A stretch of 64,000 nucleotides of DNA from a virus (lineage: Duplodnaviria > Caudoviricetes): positions 22,583-86,582 of the IMG/VR virus record IMGVR_UViG_3300006226_001703; one strand, 5' to 3'. The position numbers were made by a program, and so were the translations under genes. Below the pieces are notes generated by a model, which was not told where the DNA came from, made no database searches, and was given only the letters and a program-made list of their open reading frames with translations. The first letter of the stretch is position 1. Every line of letters begins with the position of its first letter. Shown here piece after piece: positions 55,838 to 64,000 of this stretch.

Positions 55838-56186
55838 ATTTAATTAGTTGGGATAACTCTTCCCCTTCTAACCATCTGGAAGTTATTGGCTCAATTATGT
55901 ACTTTCTCTTATTGTCCAATAGAGTTGTAGTAACTGGAACCTCTGCGAACACAAGTTCCAGTACTCTAAAAGTCATAGTATCATTTTCAGATATCTTAAT
56001 AGCAGCTCTTTTAATTGCAATTTTCTTAGCTTTTTGAATATCAGCAATAGGTGTAACATTTGACGTTACATGTCTCTTTTCATCTTTGATAATCTCGATT
56101 ATAACGAGATATCTTTTTTCACTAAAGAGCCGTTTCTCTTCAATCTCAATGCCAAGTTCTTTTGCAACTAAAGTTTCTAATTCCAT
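55812..56186 (-). CDS. Hypothetical protein
   Basis: 124 aa. Confidence 0.5.
   Translation of the reverse strand: MELETLVAKELGIEIEEKRLFSEKRYLVIIEIIKDEKRHVTSNVTPIADIQKAKKIAIKRAAIKISENDTMTFRVLELVFAEVPVTTTLLDNKRKYIIEPITSRWLEGEELSQLIKYENVPTTL
55841..55848 (-). promoter_or_regulatory. Class III late-type motif ACTAATTA, 3 nt before the HD hydrolase ATG
   Basis: actaatta-aat-ATG, same geometry as at 26971 and 46936. Confidence 0.55.
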
Positions 56187-58537
56187 GCTAATTTTTCGTA
56201 CAAGTCTTTTGTCTTTCCAATTAGTTTATCAATAGTGTAGTCTTGATATCTTGTGGCTGATTTCTCACTCATTTCTTTTCTCAAGTTTGCGTCATCCATT
56301 ATCTTTAACATCGCATCTTTATACTGTTCAGCATTTATTGTGCCATCAGTTTTGATATCAATCAATGTTCCAACACCTTCAACTATTTCTCTAACACCAG
56401 GAGCGTTAGTTGCTATAATTGGTAACTCAGCAGATAATGCTTCAATTGCTGCATAACTGCAAGTTTCACAAGCTGATGCGATTAATGATGCGCCTGCTAT
56501 TTGATACATTTCGTTTAGTGTTGAAGGAGGAATAACACCCAATGGTCGAATTGGTATCTGTTTTTCTTTTATCAAGTTTACCAAGTAATCTGAAGTGCTT
56601 CCAGCCCACCAAACTTCAAAGTTTTTGTTCACTTTATAGACTTCTTCAACTATTGGAATAAGTTGGTCCATTCCTTTTAATGGAGAACCATGCCCAACAA
56701 ATGTAAAGATAAACTTATCATAAGGACTTTCTTTTCTTCCCAACTTTTCAACACCGTTGCTTATTACTGAATAAGGTGTGTGATGCCCAACTCTATGATA
56801 ATATGCTTCTGAATCTTTGTTGTTTAATATGACATGGTCGGCCAATGTGAATGGAAGAATATGTCGAGGCTCTTCAATAAAATCTAGACTATCATCTTCA
56901 TATTTGAGCGTTAATTCTTCATACTTCTTTTTATCAAAGCGAGCTGTTTCTCTAAAAGGTACACAATGCATTGCACAAATATGTTTACAATTTACTTTTT
57001 GTCGAATGTAAGTGATGAGACTATAAAGATTCAAACAGTTAGCTTGAACAATTAAGTTTGGCTTATTAGAAAATAAATCTCCAAAGTTGTCCCAGAATAA
57101 GTCATAAATATGTTCCAAAACAGTTGACTTTGGATTATAATAGATTATACTATCATCATAAGATTTTTTCAATTCAAATTTAGTACCTGCTACAAATGTT
57201 ATAGTAGTTGTTCTAATATGAGGTGGCAAATGTGTCTTCAAAGTTTTGAGATATCTATCAACACCTGAAAAGTTTCCTTCTGATGTGATGTTTAATTGAA
57301 CAACATTAATCAATTTCAAGTCTTCTTTTGCAGCTTGCTTACGAGCTGTTAAGCCCTTTGGCTCTTTATAATCATATTTATCTGTCTTAACGAGTGTCTT
57401 TGGAATGTTAGTCAATCTTCCCCAATTTGCAATTGAACAAAATAACTTGAAGAAGTCATCAAGCACATCAATCTCGAAATTGTTATAGAACATGAAAGTC
57501 CCAGGTTCAATTGGCATGTGTCCCTTAAACAATTCTGATTCAACAATATGCGGTTCAACTGGATAAAAATAACTTCCATTATTTTGTTGTATATAACTTC
57601 CACAACCAATTAAACGCTTATCATTTTCTAAAAAGCGATATTGTTGCTGTAATCTGTCTTGATTATTTATGAACTTACTAAATGCAATGTATTTACCTCT
57701 TGCATCTTTTACTTCTTTAACTATTTCATAATTCAAGAAATTGCCATTTTCCAATGATTGAAGTGATTCCTTTTTGAGGCCCTTGTCTCCAATGTAAATT
57801 ACGGAAACGAGCGGAGTTAAATCATGCTCTTTAATTAGAGCTTTATTTTTCGTATTTTGCTCTTCATGTTTTTGAGCTGATATTCTATTTGGCCCAACTC
57901 TGTACTTAATCAACTTACCCGGAAGACGAGCATATGATGGTGTTGGAGTTTTGACATATCTTAACCACAAGTCATAATCTTCAACATACTCATATTCCTG
58001 CCTATAAACGAGATTATGTTCATAAAAATAGCTTTTTCTCCACATTACAGTTGGATGAATTATACAGCACTGTTCATTCAAGTTTGCCAAATTATCAGTA
58101 GACATTAATGAATGGGGAAGAGCAACACCTTCTTCATTTATGATAGATGCATTTGTTGCACATAAGTTCAAGTCAGGATAGATCTTAAACAAGTTAACTT
58201 GTTGTTCTAATCTTTCTGGCTCCATTATATCATCGGAATCCATTCTAGCAATAAAATCACCAGTTGCTTTATTGATACCATAATTTAATGCTGCTACTAA
58301 TCCTTTTTGGTCAATATCTTTTGTGTTTAACCAAACGATATTCATTGACTGTAATGGCATATTATTTACAATTTGTTTAAATGGTTCTAACGCTTTTAAT
58401 GTATCTTCATTATCTGACTGGTCATCGATGATAATCAATTCCCAATCCTTGTAAGTCTGAGCTAAACAAGAATCTATTGCTGTCGTTAATTGGCTTGGTT
58501 CCGTATTATAAACGGGTAAAATAATTGAAACTTTCAT
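56177..58537 (-). CDS. Multidomain glycosyltransferase: GT2 + degenerate GT2 + GT4 (GT-B)
   Basis: SIILPVYN, IIIDDQSD, ARMDSDD, EDYDLW; second LVSVIYI unit; C-terminal FVGH.SPLKG..ETCSYAAIEALS..PIIATNAPG. Confidence 0.9.
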   Translation of the reverse strand: MKVSIILPVYNTEPSQLTTAIDSCLAQTYKDWELIIIDDQSDNEDTLKALEPFKQIVNNMPLQSMNIVWLNTKDIDQKGLVAALNYGINKATGDFIARMDSDDIMEPERLEQQVNLFKIYPDLNLCATNASIINEEGVALPHSLMSTDNLANLNEQCCIIHPTVMWRKSYFYEHNLVYRQEYEYVEDYDLWLRYVKTPTPSYARLPGKLIKYRVGPNRISAQKHEEQNTKNKALIKEHDLTPLVSVIYIGDKGLKKESLQSLENGNFLNYEIVKEVKDARGKYIAFSKFINNQDRLQQQYRFLENDKRLIGCGSYIQQNNGSYFYPVEPHIVESELFKGHMPIEPGTFMFYNNFEIDVLDDFFKLFCSIANWGRLTNIPKTLVKTDKYDYKEPKGLTARKQAAKEDLKLINVVQLNITSEGNFSGVDRYLKTLKTHLPPHIRTTTITFVAGTKFELKKSYDDSIIYYNPKSTVLEHIYDLFWDNFGDLFSNKPNLIVQANCLNLYSLITYIRQKVNCKHICAMHCVPFRETARFDKKKYEELTLKYEDDSLDFIEEPRHILPFTLADHVILNNKDSEAYYHRVGHHTPYSVISNGVEKLGRKESPYDKFIFTFVGHGSPLKGMDQLIPIVEEVYKVNKNFEVWWAGSTSDYLVNLIKEKQIPIRPLGVIPPSTLNEMYQIAGASLIASACETCSYAAIEALSAELPIIATNAPGVREIVEGVGTLIDIKTDGTINAEQYKDAMLKIMDDANLRKEMSEKSATRYQDYTIDKLIGKTKDLYEKLAWN

Positions 58538-58539
58538 AT

Positions 58540-58959
58540 TTATTTAGTGTTCTCTCCTGTTTCTGAAATTTTCCATTCAATTCTTCCGTCATCAAAGAAG
58601 AGACGTTCAAATTTAATGTTGCTATCCTCATCTGTTTTTAATGGAGGACGGGCTAATGGTATAGAAGGAATTTCCATACCATGATAATCTATTTCATTAA
58701 TCTCGCATATCATCAAAAGCTTTTCTTTAAACTCAACAAACATTCCATTTTGGAGTTCACTTCCTTTGAGATCATATACTTGATTATTGATATTTACTTT
58801 GAATATCCAATGAGGAAAATTAGTAACTCTAACTTCCTGTAATTTTAATTTACCATTTGGCTGCATCACTTCAACATCTGGAAAACGAATTGATAATGCT
58901 TTACCAGTAAATATTGGTGGTCCTAATGGCTCTAACGGTGTATCAACTTCTAGTCCCAT
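58540..58959 (-). CDS. Hypothetical protein
   Basis: 139 aa. Confidence 0.55.
   Translation of the reverse strand: MGLEVDTPLEPLGPPIFTGKALSIRFPDVEVMQPNGKLKLQEVRVTNFPHWIFKVNINNQVYDLKGSELQNGMFVEFKEKLLMICEINEIDYHGMEIPSIPLARPPLKTDEDSNIKFERLFFDDGRIEWKISETGENTK
58541..58548 (-). promoter_or_regulatory. Class III late-type motif ACTAAATA, 3 nt before the glycosyltransferase ATG
   Basis: actaaata-aat-ATG. Confidence 0.55.
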
Positions 58960-59473
58960 AATTCTCCATTACTTTTTCAACGATTTTATTGTAACCTTCT
59001 TCATTACCAGTTACTTCAATCATTCCCTTTTCAAATTTTTCATATAACTTTAAAATCTCTTTGTCAATGTTTTTAGCACCTTCTTCATCTTGAAAGCGGC
59101 CCTTGGGATTATAAGGTTTAACTCTCTTAACAAAAAAGTTCATGTTGTCATATTCATTATGAACACCAACTAAAACTTCAGTAAAATCTTTCGCATAAGG
59201 AAGTGACTGACAATAAAAGGCACCCATTAAAATTGGGCTATCAGTTATAACGATATCAACTTCATTTCGTAATCTTGATAAACGATAAGACTGTTTTCCA
59301 AGAACGTACAATTGATTTTCAAATGGTTTTTGTCTTCGTTCCCAAACTTGTTCTTTAGCCCATTCTGGAACTATTTCACAATTTATTCCCTTCATTTTAA
59401 GTTGGGCAAAAACATATGCAGCACCTGTAGATTTTCCACTACCAGGCCCGCCAATTAGATTTACTACAATCAT
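58943..59473 (-). CDS. P-loop nucleotide kinase-like protein (AAA_28/NadR-type)
   Basis: NLIGGPGSGKST, VPEWAK, VITDSP, PYNPKGRFQ. Confidence 0.85.
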   Translation of the reverse strand: MIVVNLIGGPGSGKSTGAAYVFAQLKMKGINCEIVPEWAKEQVWERRQKPFENQLYVLGKQSYRLSRLRNEVDIVITDSPILMGAFYCQSLPYAKDFTEVLVGVHNEYDNMNFFVKRVKPYNPKGRFQDEEGAKNIDKEILKLYEKFEKGMIEVTGNEEGYNKIVEKVMENYGTRS

Positions 59474-59787
59474 TTATACTCCTTATTACATATTAACTCA
59501 AATTCTTTTTCAGTGAAAAGCTCATCAGTTTGTGGTGTTGGTGGAACAGCAGGCATCGCTGGAACTATAATCTTCTCATTTCCAGTTACTACTTCAATGA
59601 ATCGTTTTTTATCGTTTTCATCAACATAAATGTAGATTCTTTGATCATCATTATTAAAGAAAAGATCGCTTGTTGAAAATTGGGAAAGATCTTTCATGTC
59701 TTCCTCTGTCCCAGTTCTCATTGTAGTTGTTCCAGCCCAATTAATGCTGTTTATATATCTCGTTTTATCAACCGTAGAGAAACTCAT
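59470..59787 (-). CDS. Hypothetical protein
   Basis: 105 aa; DLFFNNDDQRIYI resembles the short DLFYKRDTSRLFV units near the C-terminal part of the first ORF. Confidence 0.5.
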   Translation of the reverse strand: MSFSTVDKTRYINSINWAGTTTMRTGTEEDMKDLSQFSTSDLFFNNDDQRIYIYVDENDKKRFIEVVTGNEKIIVPAMPAVPPTPQTDELFTEKEFELICNKEYK

Positions 59788-61099
59788 AACTTTCTTCGTT
59801 AACTTTTATATCTGATTCTTGTAATGGTCGTGATAATCCCAAACCTTCTAAAGTCTTTAACCTCGACAAGCCAACGTAAGTTATTCCTTGTGGTACCCAA
59901 TTTTGTAATGACACATAACCTGCATCGAATTGTTTTCCCTGCACTTTGTGAATAGTTGCAGCTCTACATATTTTACAATCGATCTGTTTATACCAATGTT
60001 TTGGGATGTAACGAATTGTTCCAGTGTGATCTAGTTCAATTTCATAAAGATAAGTTGTCGTTTTTCCAATGTGTCTAGTTTGTCCATTTGCTATTTTAAT
60101 AGTGACTTCATCTTTATTCAAGTCAATCACTTCACCAATCATTCCGTTACTATATTTATGATCATCTCTTTCATCATAACTATTCATGAGACACATAACT
60201 TGTGCTCCCTCTCTAATCATGACTTCTTGTGCATTCAAAGTTTTGTCAATTGGATAACCCTTAGACATACTTGCTTTATAAGTTTCAGATTTTCCAGTTA
60301 AGCTCAACATATATCTATTGTTTATTTGATCTACAATTTTATTCGTTGGAGTCATATAAACATATTGTCCATGTTCTTGCTCAAACTCTTGTAATGAAAT
60401 AACTCGTTGATTAAAATATTCTAAAGTTTCAGCAGTATGGTCTCTTGATCCTATTTCAAATAGTTTATCAGCAAACTCCATGTCAGGTTGTCGATATGAT
60501 TTTCTCAAATGAACTACTTTAAAGTTTAAGCTCTTATAGAACTTGCTATTAAAGAACATCATTTTTCCGCCATATTCAGCTTGGTAAAAATCATTGACAA
60601 TTTTATCACCATTAATTACAGGTGGAAGTTGTAGCACATCACCAAATAAAATGAACCTTGGAATTGAACCATCATCACGATGCATTTCTATTTTCTTACA
60701 AATTGAATCAAATAAATGGTTTGACATCATTGAAACTTCATCTATAATAATGACTTCAGCTCTATTCAAAACTTTTTTGTTTTTATAACTCATGTTTAAT
60801 AAATCATCATGTCTAATTATTGGGTATGGCGGAATGCTTAAAAATGAATGAATAGTTTTTGCTGCTATTTTCTCAGAACATAATTCAACTGCTGTTATTC
60901 CAGTTGTAGAAAGAACTACAACATTTTTCAACATTGATGACAAGATTTTTATCAATAAACTTTTTCCAGAACCTGCTCTTCCTTGGAAAAATAAGTCACG
61001 AGATGAATTTAACCCCATGCTTAATGCTGTTTCAAATTGTTGATTAGTGAGATCTACCCAACTAAACTCTTTCGGAAGTGTTATATTACTCATAGTCAC
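59768..61099 (-). CDS. PIF1/RecD-like SF1B helicase
   Basis: GRAGSGKS, TTGITA, TIHSF, IIDEVSM, FGDVLQLPP, YRQ, TIHKVQG, YVGLSR. Confidence 0.92.
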   Translation of the reverse strand: MTMSNITLPKEFSWVDLTNQQFETALSMGLNSSRDLFFQGRAGSGKSLLIKILSSMLKNVVVLSTTGITAVELCSEKIAAKTIHSFLSIPPYPIIRHDDLLNMSYKNKKVLNRAEVIIIDEVSMMSNHLFDSICKKIEMHRDDGSIPRFILFGDVLQLPPVINGDKIVNDFYQAEYGGKMMFFNSKFYKSLNFKVVHLRKSYRQPDMEFADKLFEIGSRDHTAETLEYFNQRVISLQEFEQEHGQYVYMTPTNKIVDQINNRYMLSLTGKSETYKASMSKGYPIDKTLNAQEVMIREGAQVMCLMNSYDERDDHKYSNGMIGEVIDLNKDEVTIKIANGQTRHIGKTTTYLYEIELDHTGTIRYIPKHWYKQIDCKICRAATIHKVQGKQFDAGYVSLQNWVPQGITYVGLSRLKTLEGLGLSRPLQESDIKVNEESYEFLYG

Positions 61100-61680
61100 A
61101 AATTAACTTCAATTTCATAATTCAACAAAGAATAAAACTCTTTGAAGGAATTGATTAAACTTACGAGCGCCAATTCTTGTATGCGCTCATCTTCATTTAG
61201 AACTTCAGGTAATGTGTTTATTGTATCTATAAATGGCTCAAATAGTCCAGCTTGAATTGGAATTCCAGAACCAAGAAACCATCTCATTCCAGAAGTGTTT
61301 GCCCTCACTAGTTCTAAACTAGTTGGTGTTACAGCAATTACTTCTAATCTCACATCACTAAAGTCAAGATTAATGACATTATCAATTAGTGTAACACGAG
61401 GATGTTGCTTGGTGCCAATCAAAACTATGGCCTCATAATCAAAACGAACTGAATAACCACCAGTTGGAATGTTCAGGAAAATTGTATCTGTTCCATTTTT
61501 ATAGATTCTTCCAAAATAATTTATCTGATAAGAAGCCATTCTAAAAATTGGAACTTCCTTTTCTATCGTGTGAACGATTATCGTTTCATTATTATTTTGA
61601 TTGCCGAGATAAAGTATTACCCCGCAAACGACTGCCAAAATAAAAGTAACCATTAAAATATAAAAGACCCAATTTTTCAT
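61096..61680 (-). CDS. Single-pass membrane protein (DUF4230-like)
   Basis: N-terminal TM; class I-like box at 61695-61705. Confidence 0.55.
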   Translation of the reverse strand: MKNWVFYILMVTFILAVVCGVILYLGNQNNNETIIVHTIEKEVPIFRMASYQINYFGRIYKNGTDTIFLNIPTGGYSVRFDYEAIVLIGTKQHPRVTLIDNVINLDFSDVRLEVIAVTPTSLELVRANTSGMRWFLGSGIPIQAGLFEPFIDTINTLPEVLNEDERIQELALVSLINSFKEFYSLLNYEIEVNL

Positions 61681-61710
61681 ATCTATCTCCTTATAATTAT
61701 ATAAGAAATA

Positions 61711-62217
61711 TCAACTCTTCTTTTCAACTATATGTATCTCGAAATTAGAATCCTTAAAGATAGCAACAATCATCGCTTTAACTATTTCCCAATCGCCACC
61801 AGCTAATCCACAACCCAAGTTTTTTGGAAAACCAATCACATGAGAATAATTCCCATTAGCATAATCACCACATAAGTTTCTAAACTTTTCTAAACAGATA
61901 TAAAGAGCTTCATAATTAAGATATCTTTTTCCATCTTTGCCAAACTTATTTTGAGCAAACATATTACAGATAATTTTAGCTTGCCGATTTGGTTGATTTT
62001 TAATCATTTGAATTTGCCCCAACAAATCTTCTGGCTCTTTAAATGATTTTTCGTTTCTTTTACAACCTTCTATATAAGCTTCATAAACTTCTGGATAAGT
62101 TGCTCTAATTTGTCCAGCTATTCCAGAACCCATTGCTCCTTGACAATTAACGACATGAGCAATGATTATTGCATGTTCATCAGTAACTAAATCGCCTTCT
62201 CTTTCAATCAATTTCAT
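61711..62217 (-). CDS. Macrodomain (Poa1/TARG1-like ADP-ribose hydrolase)
   Basis: EGDL, AHVVNCQGAMGSGIAGQI..YPEVY, NMFAQ, FPKNLGCGLAGGDW. Confidence 0.9.
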   Translation of the reverse strand: MKLIEREGDLVTDEHAIIIAHVVNCQGAMGSGIAGQIRATYPEVYEAYIEGCKRNEKSFKEPEDLLGQIQMIKNQPNRQAKIICNMFAQNKFGKDGKRYLNYEALYICLEKFRNLCGDYANGNYSHVIGFPKNLGCGLAGGDWEIVKAMIVAIFKDSNFEIHIVEKKS

Positions 62218-62561
62218 ATCAGTTTTCCAGTTGGCTCTTTCATGTTCAATATTGTGACTTCTTCTCTTGCTGTTTTCATTGCAGCAATTGGCATATTAAA
62301 TAAGCAATTAAGTTCATCAAGGTGTTGTTCAATTCTCCATTTTAATTCTTCTGAAAACTTATTTGCAGCATCAATTGGATTAGTTGCGTATTCATTATTT
62401 AAATTTTCTTGGCTGGCAATTCTCATTTTTCCAGTATCTAAGTTTTTCATATCATAACGAAAACCTGTAGAATAAGCATCAATTTTGTATTTATGAAGAT
62501 GTGGTGACAACCAGAAATTATCATCATCATGCTCAAATTTGTAATAAATAATATCGTCCAT
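62214..62561 (-). CDS. Hypothetical protein
   Basis: 115 aa. Confidence 0.55.
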   Translation of the reverse strand: MDDIIYYKFEHDDDNFWLSPHLHKYKIDAYSTGFRYDMKNLDTGKMRIASQENLNNEYATNPIDAANKFSEELKWRIEQHLDELNCLFNMPIAAMKTAREEVTILNMKEPTGKLI

Positions 62562-64000
62562 TAATCTAAACTCTCCGTTATTGTGAACTGTCCTTGTTGT
62601 GCTGTGTACATTATACAGTTTGAAGAAATATCAGATATGAGTCTACATATTGCTCGCTTATGTGATATTAAGAATATCTGATCAAACATACTGTTAGTAA
62701 CAAGCATTTCAAATAATTTTTCAGATGATTCATCATCTGCAGCACCATCTATTTCATCACCAATAATAATGTTTATACCATAAAGTTGTGCTAGTGAAAC
62801 TTTAAATGCTATCGTCAATAGAGCTTTTTCAAAACCTGATGACATTTTAGAGTTTATCCAAGCATTATTTCGTTTTCTTTCCTGTTCAACAACAGTTTTA
62901 TCTTTTGTGTAAAAAAATTCACAACCCTTTTTAGAATTGATAAGTTGTACCTCATATAATGGAAATATTGACTGAATAAAATTATTCATTTCATTTTGTA
63001 ATGAAGCACAAGTTTTAACTACCATATAGTTTGGAAGATTTTTATCTAATATTCCAAGCGCTTCTTCATAGATATTTTGCTGCGTTATTATCTCAGTGTT
63101 TTCTTCTGATAATTGTTTAATCTCTTTTTTATATTTAGAAACATTATCAGCTCTGGCTTTATTTCTAACAGTTATTTCTTTATTAGTTTTAATATCAGTA
63201 AAATGAGCATTTATTTTATTCGTTTCACTGACTATCTCTTTAGATAAAAGTGTGATGTCTTCCTGTTTAGATAATTGCTCAACATTTTTTCTATATTTTT
63301 CTATATCAATATTTATTGAACTAACTTCACTTTTTAATTCTTTTAATTCAGAAGTATAAGTCAACATATTATCAAAATTGTCTTCAATAGTCAACATATT
63401 TTTTTCAAGAGTTTCTTTTTCCTCTTTTAACATTCTTTCTTTTGATTCATCAATTATTTTATCACCAGCTAATTTTCTTAACATCTCAGTTGCTAAAGTC
63501 ATTTCAAGTTCATCATTCATGTTATTAACACCAGTCTCTGTAATTCTTTCTTTTATTTTATCACAGATACTAGCAAATGTGTCCCCCGCTTCTTTTTTAA
63601 TCTGTAACACATCAAACTCATGGTGGCCTTTTGCGTCAGTTCCATCATACTCAGCATTTAACATTTTACCAAGTTGCTCTTTTAAGAAATCAGTAGTTTC
63701 TCTTTCACATAATGGACATTTATCTTTTTCTTCTAATGAGGCAAACCTTTCATAATTAGCTAATATCTTTTTGAAATATTCTATTCTCTGAGTTACAATT
63801 CCAATTTCACCTCTTAAGACATTTTTTCTTGCTTCTAATTTATCAGTTTCTTCTTTATTATCTTTTAATCGTTTACTTATTTCAGTTAAGCTACAATCTA
63901 TTTCTAATAATTTCTGTTCCGTTTTATCAAACTTAATTTTTTGTTCTTCAATTAAGTTTATTTTATTATTCAAATCATTCTCTTTTAGATTTAAGCTCAA
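62561..64000 (-). CDS. sbcC: SbcC/Rad50 (T4 gp46-like) ATPase, C-terminal part; N-terminus lies beyond the window
   Basis: Long coiled coil with Zn hook CPLC, signature MSSGFE, Walker B IIGDEIDG, LISH. Confidence 0.88.
   Translation of the reverse strand: MSLNLKENDLNNKINLIEEQKIKFDKTEQKLLEIDCSLTEISKRLKDNKEETDKLEARKNVLRGEIGIVTQRIEYFKKILANYERFASLEEKDKCPLCERETTDFLKEQLGKMLNAEYDGTDAKGHHEFDVLQIKKEAGDTFASICDKIKERITETGVNNMNDELEMTLATEMLRKLAGDKIIDESKERMLKEEKETLEKNMLTIEDNFDNMLTYTSELKELKSEVSSINIDIEKYRKNVEQLSKQEDITLLSKEIVSETNKINAHFTDIKTNKEITVRNKARADNVSKYKKEIKQLSEENTEIITQQNIYEEALGILDKNLPNYMVVKTCASLQNEMNNFIQSIFPLYEVQLINSKKGCEFFYTKDKTVVEQERKRNNAWINSKMSSGFEKALLTIAFKVSLAQLYGINIIIGDEIDGAADDESSEKLFEMLVTNSMFDQIFLISHKRAICRLISDISSNCIMYTAQQGQFTITESLD

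Noticed and set aside
1-64000. Stop-codon reassignment, as in some large phages
   Set aside because: Conserved enzymes are full-length under the standard code, and TAA, TAG and TGA all end genes cleanly.
1-64000. tRNA, rRNA or tmRNA genes
   Set aside because: No cloverleaf or T-loop signatures noticed; intergenic gaps are short. tRNAscan-SE or Aragorn would confirm.

Overview
A 64-kb internal fragment of a large, AT-rich, lytic myovirus-type (T4-like/jumbo) bacteriophage genome, in the standard genetic code. Plus-strand blocks encode virion and late proteins: a repeat-module fibre truncated at the window start, a gp19-like tail tube, an amidase endolysin, a 9.5-kb array of putative head-packaged ejection proteins, and two very large structural proteins. 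Minus-strand blocks encode replication, nucleotide and host-takeover genes: DnaB, a degenerate DnaC-like loader, SSB, DnaX, a PIF1-like helicase, SbcC, NrdG, rIIA/rIIB, a MoxR-vWA pair, two phosphoesterases, a macrodomain, SLOG, an HD hydrolase and a GT2-GT2-GT4 glycosyltransferase. Highlights: (1) five tandem paralogues share an unrecognised ~90-aa domain, and these and neighbouring proteins carry T4-like capsid-targeting N-termini, [LI]xE cleavage-like sites and variable payloads (amidase-like, Cpl-7, glycine zipper, TM helices); (2) a (p)ppGpp-hydrolase-like HD protein has the same capsid-targeting N-terminus and a late-type promoter motif; (3) a full eukaryote-type topoisomerase IB with linker domain; (4) a soluble MotA-cytoplasmic-domain mimic; (5) three recurrent promoter motifs, many placed for leaderless transcripts. 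The host is a peptidoglycan-containing bacterium, possibly a spirochaete (inference). No tRNA, rRNA, CRISPR array, integrase or reverse transcriptase was seen. All family calls are from motif recognition by eye; no database search was run.
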